From an uncultured virus (IMG/VR IMGVR_UViG_3300006920_000039) (lineage: Duplodnaviria > Heunggongvirae > Uroviricota > Caudoviricetes > Schitoviridae): a DNA stretch of 20,000 nucleotides. Under the pieces are notes generated by a model that was given only the letters and a program-made list of their open reading frames with translations, was not told where the DNA came from and searched no databases. Within the stretch, counting starts at the first letter, position 1. Every line of letters begins with the position of its first letter. Shown in pieces: positions 1 through 7,791 of this stretch. Position numbers and translations under genes: made by a program. The DNA is taken from IMG/VR virus record IMGVR_UViG_3300006920_000039. The stretch is one strand, 5' to 3'.

Positions 1-94
1 CCAGATGTATCATTCCCATATTTAGTGGCAATCGGCTTGATCTGGTGGTAGATGAGGTCATCTTTTATCCACAATTTATGAAGGGCCTAGAATT

Positions 95-379
95 ATGCCA
101 AAGAATGCGATCACTGATGTAGCCCAAGGTGTCTGGACAGAGCTGACTGATGCAGATGTGACGAATGTCTCTTTCCAGAACACCGGGTTAGCACCTGTTT
201 ATGTTGTGGCCACTGTGGGCGCTGTAGCCCCTGTGAGCATTCATGGGGCGTACCGGTACGTGGCTGGCAAAGGAGAGGCGAACGCTGCCCTGGTTGACCT
301 GTGGCCCGGTGTAGATGGAGGCAATCGGATATGGGGATGGGCTAAATCTCCTGGTTCCATGTCTGTGAGCCATGCCTAG
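95..379 (+). CDS. Hypothetical small protein (94 aa), possibly virion-associated beta-sandwich
   Basis: ATG ORF with purine-rich GAAGGG upstream; V/T/A/G-rich, beta-strand-like sequence; followed by a terminator-like hairpin. Confidence 0.7.
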   Translation: MPKNAITDVAQGVWTELTDADVTNVSFQNTGLAPVYVVATVGAVAPVSIHGAYRYVAGKGEANAALVDLWPGVDGGNRIWGWAKSPGSMSVSHA

Positions 380-394
380 CAAGTTGTGAATATG

Positions 395-423
395 AGAGGC
401 ATATCTAGCTGGTATGCCTCTTT
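395..423 (+). terminator. Probable rho-independent terminator
   Basis: AGAGGCATA (395-403) pairs with TATGCCTCT (413-421) and extends by T.G and C-G pairs; short T run follows; 15 nt after the stop of 95..379. Confidence 0.55.
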
Positions 424-442
424 GATCTAGCTGTGATCTAAG

Positions 443-471
443 TTGACACCCGGTTGATATTTTCCTATTAG
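443..471 (+). promoter_or_regulatory. Sigma70-like promoter candidate
   Basis: Perfect TTGACA (443-448), 17-nt spacer, TATTAG (466-471); upstream of RBS GGGAGG and gene 513. N4 late genes use host sigma70 RNA polymerase. Confidence 0.5.
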
Positions 472-486
472 GATCGGAGATCCTAA
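468..486. promoter_or_regulatory. 8-bp hairpin with C-GGA-G triloop, resembling an N4 virion-RNA-polymerase promoter hairpin
   Basis: TTAGGATC-GGA-GATCCTAA is a perfect inverted repeat with a GNA triloop closed by C:G. Confidence 0.4.
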
Positions 487-512
487 CCAGAGAATGCCCG
501 GGAGGAAGTCAT

Positions 513-866
513 GTGACCAGCTTGATAATTGCGAAGGAAATCACCCAAGGGGATACCTTCAAAGCCGGGATTACGGTGACCCGCACTGTGAGTGATGTGG
601 TGGGGCCGGTTGATCTGACAGGTGTGACGATCACTTCTAAGGCCAAAACACTGAATGGGGTTCTTGTTGCAGTCATGGACATTATTGTCGTGGATCTGGT
701 CAATGGGAAGTTCCAGGTGCGGAGTGAGAGCTCTGTGTCAGATGCTGAGAGCGGTGGCGGTGCGTGGCCCCGTGGGAAGCTGAAGTGGGATATCCAGTTC
801 ATAGAGGCCGGGGATACTTGGTCTATGCCTGTACGGGGTATTCTGGTGGGTGAGGATAATACCTAA
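513..866 (+). CDS. Putative virion Ig-like / BppU-N-like beta-sandwich protein
   Basis: GTG start after GGGAGG; motifs ITQGDTF, PVDLTG, GKF, WDIQF typical of phage baseplate-upper/Ig-like domains. Confidence 0.65.
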   Translation: MTSLIIAKEITQGDTFKAGITVTRTVSDVVGPVDLTGVTITSKAKTLNGVLVAVMDIIVVDLVNGKFQVRSESSVSDAESGGGAWPRGKLKWDIQFIEAGDTWSMPVRGILVGEDNT

Positions 867-1336
867 TGGCCGCCGGTGTCCTGATTGAACCAGAGGTGAC
901 CCAGGTTACCATTGACGGTGGGGACACGCAGGTTGCTGTGGATGTGGGGCTGACGGCCTTTTTGATTGAGTTTGAGGAGACCGATCCTGTTGTTGAGGTG
1001 ACCATAGGTGGGTTCACAACGACAGTGGAGGTGGCCCCGGCTGACCCAGTTAGCCTGGTGGTGGAGCACGAGGAGATCACTGTGCTGATCTCAAGTGACA
1101 TTGCGGTGTCCGAGGGGGGAAGCGGCGGTTCCTCGTTTCTAGCCGCGCCCGAGGAGTTGGATGACTCTGATGATGTGTATTTCTATTTTGGCTGGGCAGT
1201 TGTGAATGGCAACTGGCTGGTGCGCCGGCAGACGAGGCTTACAGCGGCGTATATGGATGCCGTGATTGCCACTAATGCGGGTGAAGCGGACCTGGCAGCC
1301 GCATGGGCCCTTAGGGCAAGTCTCTCTTATACCTGA
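866..1336 (+). CDS. Hypothetical acidic virion-type protein
   Basis: TAATG overlap with the previous gene; V/E/T-rich N-terminal half, GGSGGS linker, C-terminal YFYFGW...WLVRR...W.LRASLSY domain. Confidence 0.7.
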   Translation: MAAGVLIEPEVTQVTIDGGDTQVAVDVGLTAFLIEFEETDPVVEVTIGGFTTTVEVAPADPVSLVVEHEEITVLISSDIAVSEGGSGGSSFLAAPEELDDSDDVYFYFGWAVVNGNWLVRRQTRLTAAYMDAVIATNAGEADLAAAWALRASLSYT

Positions 1337-1351
1337 ATTTGGAGTTTTCTG

Positions 1352-2917
1352 ATGACCACTGTGACATTCAACGGCGTCAGGGTAACCGATTCAAACGCCT
1401 CCACTGGTTGGGGGAACAATGGTGGTGGTGGCCCTTCACCAGCTGCAGAGCCTCAGCTGGCGTATCAAAAGCCAAACGCTGTTAACCGGAAAGTGACCAC
1501 GACGGCGAGTTTGACCGGTGTGGAGTACAATGGGGGCTCTAATAATATGGTGGCGTCCCACCCTTTGTTCATTTTCAAGGGAAAAGTGGCTGACGCTGGA
1601 GACTTGAACACCACTTATGGGCTGCAAGCTATATTCGGGTCTGCTGCAGGCGCGGCCTACCAGTATAATTTGTCCGGCAGCGGCGCGAACAACGATCAGT
1701 TTGTCGGTGGGTATAATTCCCAAGGTGGTCTGGCCGAGGGCTATGTGATTGCCGCGATAAACCCTTCGATTGCCCAGTGGCGAGAGGGCACAGTCGGGTC
1801 TCCGACTCTCACTGCAGTTGCGTATTATGCAATTGGGGCCCAGTTTGTGGTTGGCGGCGCCAAATCTGAGAACGTCGGAATGGACGCAATCGATTTGGCT
1901 ACAGGTCTGGATTATTCCGGAACTCTATTCGACTTCCTAGATGCGGTCCTCCTAGACCAAGACATCGATACAAACCGGTGGGGGCTTGCCTGCCGGAACG
2001 GCTCTGTCATCAGTTTGCGTGGCCTTCAGCGACTTGGCACTGCTGCCATGTCAGGGACTGACGTGAGCACGGTAATTTTCCCGGATGGGTATCACGGCAC
2101 GGGCGACTGCGGATTTGAGCTGAATACGGGCGCGGCGCGCACCTATGGTCTTGCTGGTTCATACCGAGGGTTGGGCCGGATTTACGGGGCCGACGACACT
2201 CGACCCAATATCACCGTAATCGGTGACGCCTCTGGTAGCGTGCCCATCACAGGTGCCCTTGAGAACTTCAACTCGATCACACTGAATGCCGGGACCCCGG
2301 TAACAGGCGCGATCCTGGGCTTCACAACCCTGGTTCCCGGTGCAGCCGCTATTTCTGGTTCCCAGCTGAAAACAAACGCGGCCGTAAACGTGGCGGCCAT
2401 CGTCGATCCTGATTTCACGAAACTCAGCCAGAACCTCTTTAGCCAAGTAGGCCTGGGTCATGCGATAGAGATCACTTCTCCCGGCACGTACATCTCAGTG
2501 GGCAACGACTTCGGCGGCTACGGTGCGACTGGTTCAGGCGATGCCGTGATCTATAACAACTCAGGCGGCCTGGTAACAATTCTCGTGACCTCTGGTGGCC
2601 AGTCTCCAACGTACCGTAACGGGGCAGGGGCCTCGACTGTTGTCAGCAACCCAGCAACGGTGACCTTCACCGGGATTCCAAATGGTCTGGAAGGCCGGGT
2701 GCGTAAAGGCGCGTTCTCAATCTTCTTTGAGGCCAGCATCACCGGGAACCAGTTCGTCCATAGTTATACATACGGGGTTGATGAAGAAGTCACGATAACG
2801 ATCGGGGGAGTCGCAGATGATTCCATCTCTTATGAGCGCCAGATCTTCAAGATAACCTTGACAGGTGGGGACGCAAGAATCCCTCTTTCATTTTCCCCTA
2901 ATCCGTCATACATATGA
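1352..2917 (+). CDS. Putative virion structural/appendage protein (521 aa)
   Basis: Long ORF, RBS GGAG; G/T/A/N-rich, beta-helix-like central part, C-terminal beta-sandwich ending NPSYI. Confidence 0.7.
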   Translation: MTTVTFNGVRVTDSNASTGWGNNGGGGPSPAAEPQLAYQKPNAVNRKVTTTASLTGVEYNGGSNNMVASHPLFIFKGKVADAGDLNTTYGLQAIFGSAAGAAYQYNLSGSGANNDQFVGGYNSQGGLAEGYVIAAINPSIAQWREGTVGSPTLTAVAYYAIGAQFVVGGAKSENVGMDAIDLATGLDYSGTLFDFLDAVLLDQDIDTNRWGLACRNGSVISLRGLQRLGTAAMSGTDVSTVIFPDGYHGTGDCGFELNTGAARTYGLAGSYRGLGRIYGADDTRPNITVIGDASGSVPITGALENFNSITLNAGTPVTGAILGFTTLVPGAAAISGSQLKTNAAVNVAAIVDPDFTKLSQNLFSQVGLGHAIEITSPGTYISVGNDFGGYGATGSGDAVIYNNSGGLVTILVTSGGQSPTYRNGAGASTVVSNPATVTFTGIPNGLEGRVRKGAFSIFFEASITGNQFVHSYTYGVDEEVTITIGGVADDSISYERQIFKITLTGGDARIPLSFSPNPSYI

Positions 2918-2946
2918 TCGAAATTATCTAGCATTTTCCATTTGAT

Positions 2947-3006
2947 CCTACTTGGGATGATTGGGGCAATTATCTAGAGATTTGCACAATCCCCAATCAT
3001 CATAGG
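2947..3006. promoter_or_regulatory. Intergenic stem-loop directly upstream of the 3014 start
   Basis: GATGATTGGGG (2956-2966) / CCCCAATCATC (2991-3001), 11 bp; outer CCTA/TAGG pairing overlaps the likely RBS. Confidence 0.5.
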
Positions 3007-3013
3007 TAGAGAA

Positions 3014-4615
3014 ATGGCCAAAATTGATACTAAAGCCGCCCTCGTTTTGGGCACGAACTATGAGTTTCACCTTGTCGATTTCCAGGGCACGGATATCCAA
3101 ATCGACGCGACGGGCGCAACGATAATCTCAAGCAGCACAGACTTCACTGCTGCATCCGCTGCTGGCGGACTAAACAAACGCGCCATTGTCATTGGCGATG
3201 TTCTGAAGTTCTCGAACACGCTGAACGCTGCCAACGAAGGCTTCACCGTCACGGTCGACACTGTTGCTGCCAACCTCATCGAGTACACGCTCGCCAGTGG
3301 CACGCCTTCAAATGAAGCTGCAGGAAACGACATCAACGTCACTGCATTCAAGAAGACCTTCCAGTTCCTTGAAGCCGGTGGCCTTTCGTTTGTTGACGGC
3401 GTTGCTGCGATCACATGGGCTTCCGAAGTGGTTGACCAGTGGGACAGCGGCGATCTTGATATCTACGACAAGATGTTCACCTCGATCGAACCTCGTGCGA
3501 AATCGCTTGCAGCCCTGAACGGCTGGGAACCACATGACAATGATACGCTCTTGTCCTTGCGTGACATGGCGATGGAAGTCCGGGACAACGCGACAAGCGC
3601 TGCTCGCCGGGTCTATTACTGCGGTCGCTCAGGCGCTTTGGACGAAGCAACCGACCAGTTTGCATTCTGGCCAGACACGGACGCTGCGCTGGATGCACCG
3701 GCTCTTGCTGTGACGACAGGCTATATCAACCAGTTGATTTTGCTCGTGGACACCGACAACGCAATCGACAACCGTGGTAACTGGACGTTCCGTTGCCTGG
3801 AGCCAGGTAAGACACACCTGCAGGAAACGATCGACATTCAGGAAGCGGAAATTATCCCTGTTGCGTCGAACAACTCACTCGATCCAAAACTCGCTGACGG
3901 TGCTGGCACATTGCTGGTAGCTGATGGGGTCGTTAGCGCTGGTGGCATCTATGCCAACATCCTGCTGAACGTTGACGTTGACAGTCTTTATGATGGCGAC
4001 GTGGACAGTGTCCTTTATAGCTTTACAGGTTTCGTCGATGCCGACAGCCAGACCAACGAGAACGCGCATTTCAAAATTCACTATCTCTTGCGTCAAGCAA
4101 TCAACATCAACGCCGACGGAACAGGTCCGGTACTTCGGGGCGACAAGCAGCCTCCGATCACATCGTTCTTGGGCGAAGTCTTCTTCCTTCAAGACTTCTA
4201 TCTGTTGAACTACAACTCGGCACAGCGAAACGAACTTCGCCTTGTTGACTTGATCCCAGTAACCCGTGCATGGCCTTCGATCTTTACGCTGGTCGTCACT
4301 GCACCGGCTATTGCTCAAGGTGGTACGTTCTCGATCATCCACGAAGACACGTTTGGTGCCTCGGCTCCGACATACCTTCAGGATGAAACACCGACTAATC
4401 AGCAGGACATCGCCACCTCTTCGTCCGTGTCGATCATCATCGCCTACTCGACCTACAACGTGGACAGCCACCCATCGAACACGCCAATCCCTCTGCGCCT
4501 CACATTTAACCGTCCCGGTTTCATTGAGCCAGACAGCGTGTCCTTCACGATGGCTGCTGCCAACCAAACGGTCAACATTGCGCCCACAGCCGATCCTTCC
4601 TACGTGGCCGTATAA
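3014..4615 (+). CDS. Putative virion structural protein (533 aa, acidic)
   Basis: Long ORF with strong C-ending codon bias; C-terminal beta-sandwich ending DPSYVAV. Confidence 0.75.
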   Translation: MAKIDTKAALVLGTNYEFHLVDFQGTDIQIDATGATIISSSTDFTAASAAGGLNKRAIVIGDVLKFSNTLNAANEGFTVTVDTVAANLIEYTLASGTPSNEAAGNDINVTAFKKTFQFLEAGGLSFVDGVAAITWASEVVDQWDSGDLDIYDKMFTSIEPRAKSLAALNGWEPHDNDTLLSLRDMAMEVRDNATSAARRVYYCGRSGALDEATDQFAFWPDTDAALDAPALAVTTGYINQLILLVDTDNAIDNRGNWTFRCLEPGKTHLQETIDIQEAEIIPVASNNSLDPKLADGAGTLLVADGVVSAGGIYANILLNVDVDSLYDGDVDSVLYSFTGFVDADSQTNENAHFKIHYLLRQAININADGTGPVLRGDKQPPITSFLGEVFFLQDFYLLNYNSAQRNELRLVDLIPVTRAWPSIFTLVVTAPAIAQGGTFSIIHEDTFGASAPTYLQDETPTNQQDIATSSSVSIIIAYSTYNVDSHPSNTPIPLRLTFNRPGFIEPDSVSFTMAAANQTVNIAPTADPSYVAV

Positions 4616-4630
4616 TAGAAAGTCAGGCAC

Positions 4631-5173
4631 ATGGCCTCTCTTGAGTTCGATGAAGACTTGCGCCGGATTTACGAAGTCCCGACCGATCCACAAAATACCG
4701 TGGATGGGTCGGGGTATAAAATCTATACCTCCCTGGGGCTCAACGAACTGAACGTGCGCTTCACAGCCACGTTTTGTTGGAGCCGCTGGGTGGATTTCCA
4801 CAACACGAATAAATGGTCGACGGAGGCTTTCTCCAAGTCTGGCGGGGCACTCCGGGGGCAGAACGATCTTGGTGATGATATCTTTGCTACGTTCGATCTG
4901 CGTCTGACCAATGACTGGCTGTTTGTCCCTGCAAATTACCCCCACAACCTATTTTTGGATGGCAACATCTTCCCGAACCTCTTGAGTGGAGAGGATGCTG
5001 ACTACAACAGGATGAGTGCAGCAGGTGTCTCATTCAGAATCAACTCTTCCGACAGCCTACAGGTGGTCCGTCAGGCGTCTGTAGCAGGACCTCTGACCAC
5101 CATCCAAGAAGAGGCGCTCTATGGCGCCAGAGATCATGCACGGGCTGCAAATTCGCAGACCCAACCCACTTAG
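4631..5173 (+). CDS. Hypothetical phage protein (180 aa)
   Basis: In series with neighbours; aromatic motif WSRWVDF...SGG...LTNDW. Confidence 0.7.
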   Translation: MASLEFDEDLRRIYEVPTDPQNTVDGSGYKIYTSLGLNELNVRFTATFCWSRWVDFHNTNKWSTEAFSKSGGALRGQNDLGDDIFATFDLRLTNDWLFVPANYPHNLFLDGNIFPNLLSGEDADYNRMSAAGVSFRINSSDSLQVVRQASVAGPLTTIQEEALYGARDHARAANSQTQPT

Positions 5174-5218
5174 GTTCTCAAATATTGCTGAAATGAATGA
5201 CTGAGAGAGGCCCCTAAT

Positions 5219-5770
5219 ATGGCACCAATTGACAGCCCAATGACCGGATACCCTATGTTAAAGGGGCTGGCTCGCAGGGGGATTATAGGAGCTGCTCCTT
5301 CTGGCCCTTCGGGTGGATGGGCTACTAGCAGGTACTTCCGTCTCGACAACTTCTCCTTCGGAGGCGGCGCCCCTGAAATCATGGACATCGCCTTTCAGGA
5401 TGGAAATGGAGTGGATATACCGGTTTCCTCTATTAATACCGCCGCTGGTAACCGAACTGCCGCACTCACAGAAAGCGGTAACTTCACGGCTATCGGGTCG
5501 GACAACTTCATGAACTTCACCTACTCCTCCGACAGGACACCCGGTCGTCTTCGCATCAAGTATCGGGAGCATGACATAGACTTCATCGACACCTTGAACA
5601 TACACGTCTCAGCCGACTCTGGTTTCGCCTCTCTCACGCAGATCGGTAGCGTTGACTCGACAAACGTGATGCACCCCGGTGCTCTTACCGACCAGCAACA
5701 AGTGTACTGGGACCTCGGTGTTCCTGTCGGGATTGCTATGCAACCCACCACTTATGTCATCACAGTTTGA
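5219..5770 (+). CDS. Hypothetical protein, possible discoidin/galactose-binding-like fold
   Basis: RBS GAGG upstream; low-complexity G/P/S N-terminus followed by a RYFRL strand and beta-rich domain; fold is inferred. Confidence 0.6.
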   Translation: MAPIDSPMTGYPMLKGLARRGIIGAAPSGPSGGWATSRYFRLDNFSFGGGAPEIMDIAFQDGNGVDIPVSSINTAAGNRTAALTESGNFTAIGSDNFMNFTYSSDRTPGRLRIKYREHDIDFIDTLNIHVSADSGFASLTQIGSVDSTNVMHPGALTDQQQVYWDLGVPVGIAMQPTTYVITV

Positions 5771-5782
5771 GGGTAAAATAAA

Positions 5783-6781
5783 ATGACTGTCGCATTCTGC
5801 ACAAATGACCACAAAGACTGTAACGGCGCTCTTCGGGGGACGACCGGCGGTAAGTATGACCCAGCCTACGTCAGCGATTATCTTTACATTACGACTCAGA
5901 CCGCGGGCTCTAGTACAGGATTACTCTTTACTCACGAAGTAGATGTGAGTTCTGCTGCTGAAGTCTGGCTCCACTTTGATGCTTACCTGCCCAACTCCAA
6001 TAACGGTGTTGCAGATGGTGAGTGGTTTAGGTGGGTAGCACCCGATGGCACTCTCATGGCTTACGGTGACTACACGAACGGTACTCTTGTCATCCGAGTC
6101 TACAACGCAGCCGGTGGATTCTCTAACGCTGCCGCTTTTACTTTGAATGTAGATACACTGGATACTTACGATTTCCAGTACGAGGACGATGGAGCTAACT
6201 GCTACCTGCGGATGTACGAAAACGATACCCTGCAACGCACGGCAACAGTCGCTGCATCCGGTGCTGCAAAGATGCCTACCGCATTTTACATGGGGCACAA
6301 TGATATGTTTGTGGCCTCTAACCAAGCTGCTTACAGCCAGATCATCCATGCGTACGATGAGTCCACCGTCGGGATGAAGCTAGAGAAGTTAGAAGGATCA
6401 GCCGCTGGCACCCACCAAGATATCTCGGAAACTGTCGGTGAGATTAACGATGGGGATAGAACTACGGGATGGGCCAGTGCTGCAAACGGTGAGAAGCAAT
6501 CGTACACACTCCCTGCGTACGCCGTGCCTGGTGGTAGAGCGATACACTCCGTGAATGCCTCAGCGCGTCTGAGGACGGGTGCTGCGGGAACAGACCCACT
6601 TAACGTACGACAGTTCATTCGATCTGGGAGCACTGACTACAACGCCATCGCAGATCGGACACCCGCCAGACACCAGTACGGTCGCGTGACCGACTCGTGG
6701 ATTACTGACCCAGACACGGCAGTTACGTGGACAGCTGCGGGAGTATCTGCCGCGGAAGTCGGTTTCGAAGTCAAGACGTAA
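5783..6781 (+). CDS. Putative virion protein, possible ConA/LamG-like lectin domain
   Basis: RBS GAGGG; beta-rich, aromatic-rich sequence (VWLHFDAY, YDFQY, YLRMYEND); fold is inferred. Confidence 0.65.
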   Translation: MTVAFCTNDHKDCNGALRGTTGGKYDPAYVSDYLYITTQTAGSSTGLLFTHEVDVSSAAEVWLHFDAYLPNSNNGVADGEWFRWVAPDGTLMAYGDYTNGTLVIRVYNAAGGFSNAAAFTLNVDTLDTYDFQYEDDGANCYLRMYENDTLQRTATVAASGAAKMPTAFYMGHNDMFVASNQAAYSQIIHAYDESTVGMKLEKLEGSAAGTHQDISETVGEINDGDRTTGWASAANGEKQSYTLPAYAVPGGRAIHSVNASARLRTGAAGTDPLNVRQFIRSGSTDYNAIADRTPARHQYGRVTDSWITDPDTAVTWTAAGVSAAEVGFEVKT

Positions 6782-6791
6782 GGGGTTATGG

Positions 6792-6986
6792 TCGAGCGGG
6801 CACTTCCAGAGCCCCGCAGTCTGGTCAGTCGACGCGCCTAAGGTGAAAGGAGCCCTTCGGACATCGTAGCCACGCTCGAGAAGTCCATCATGAAACTAGG
6901 GGCACTAGCCTGCTCCACGGCCCAGGGGGAGAGGGGCGCATGATGGACTACTAGAACAAAGATTATCTAGATCTTATGTTTGTTCT
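6792..6986. ncRNA. Candidate structured non-coding element (three consecutive stem domains)
   Basis: TCGAGCGGGC 6792-6801 / GCCACGCTCGA 6869-6879; AGTCCATCATG 6882-6892 / CATGATGGACT 6939-6949; AGAACAAA 6953-6960 / TTTGTTCT 6979-6986; each with internal helices; no ORF of 60 aa or more. Confidence 0.45.
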
Positions 6987-7091
6987 CCGGAAATAAACAG
7001 TTAGTGTCAATCGGTTTTTCTTGTATCTTATCAAGAAGATTAATAAACGGGATCTATTACAAAGATCAGTTGATATGATCTGGAGTATCCC

Positions 7092-7781
7092 GTGCTAACA
7101 TCTGCCGAAATTACAGCAGCCCTTCCGCCACACCTGAAGACATCTGTCTCCCAGGAATTGGTCACTATGGTTAATTCCATCTCGTCGGACCCAGAACAGG
7201 CTCGTGTGATTAGGGAAAACTTCATCGGGTATTCCTCATGCCTGTTGAAGGGACGCTTCAAGAGTGAGGATTACGTCCATGCAGTAGCCTACGTGAGCTA
7301 CAAGCTGATGGGCTACAACAACCAGGAATCCTATGCGCGAACCTTCCCGGCACGATACCGGGGACTGGTCGCCAAGGGCACATCCTCAAAAGACATCTCT
7401 TCGTATGTCCACGCCTATAACAAGAACAAACTCGTCAATCTAATCCTCGAGCAGTCGGTCATCCCTTCCTGGGTTCTCAATCAGGACGTCTACCAGAAAG
7501 CGATCAACACCCAGCTGGAGCTGATGGTTACCGCCAAGAGCGAGAAGGTCCGCAGCGATGCTGCAAACTCAATTCTGACCCATCTCAAAAAGCCTGAAAA
7601 GGCTGAGATCGAGTTGAACATCGGGGTCCAAGAGACCTCAGGAATGAAAGAGCTGAAAGACGCTCTGACTTCTATGGCTGAGAAGCAGCGAGAACTCATC
7701 ACATCAGGCGCAACCACCCGCGAAGTTGCACATCAACCTCTTATCGAGGGCACCGCGAAAGACATTACGCCAGACAAGTAG
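7092..7781 (+). CDS. N4 gp69-like conserved protein (possible terminase small subunit)
   Basis: GTG after GGAG; recognisable N4-like sequence (RENFIGY...YVHAVAYVSYKLMG...YNKNKLVNLI...SEKVRSDAANSILTHLKKPE); position upstream of terminase. Confidence 0.8.
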   Translation: MLTSAEITAALPPHLKTSVSQELVTMVNSISSDPEQARVIRENFIGYSSCLLKGRFKSEDYVHAVAYVSYKLMGYNNQESYARTFPARYRGLVAKGTSSKDISSYVHAYNKNKLVNLILEQSVIPSWVLNQDVYQKAINTQLELMVTAKSEKVRSDAANSILTHLKKPEKAEIELNIGVQETSGMKELKDALTSMAEKQRELITSGATTREVAHQPLIEGTAKDITPDK

Positions 7782-7791
7782 GTACGCCCAT

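Noticed and set aside
3875..4945. 356-aa minus-strand ORF
   Set aside because: Fully antisense to two well-supported + strand genes; no recognisable motif; typical shadow of biased codon usage
6782..6960. tRNA, SRP RNA, hammerhead ribozyme or glycine riboswitch
   Set aside because: No TTCRA T-loop or cloverleaf on either strand, no CUGANGA core, no SRP GGAAG/CAGC loop; only a partial CGCC.AAGGTG likeness to the glycine aptamer
6982..7010. Minus-strand sigma70 promoter as a firm feature
   Set aside because: TTGACA is perfect but the hexamer 17 nt downstream (GAGAAC) is a poor -10; kept only as a hint within the ncRNA finding
7726..7791. Upstream extension of the phosphoesterase ORF
   Set aside because: Overlaps the gp69-like 3' end; ATG 7792 just after its stop is more plausible
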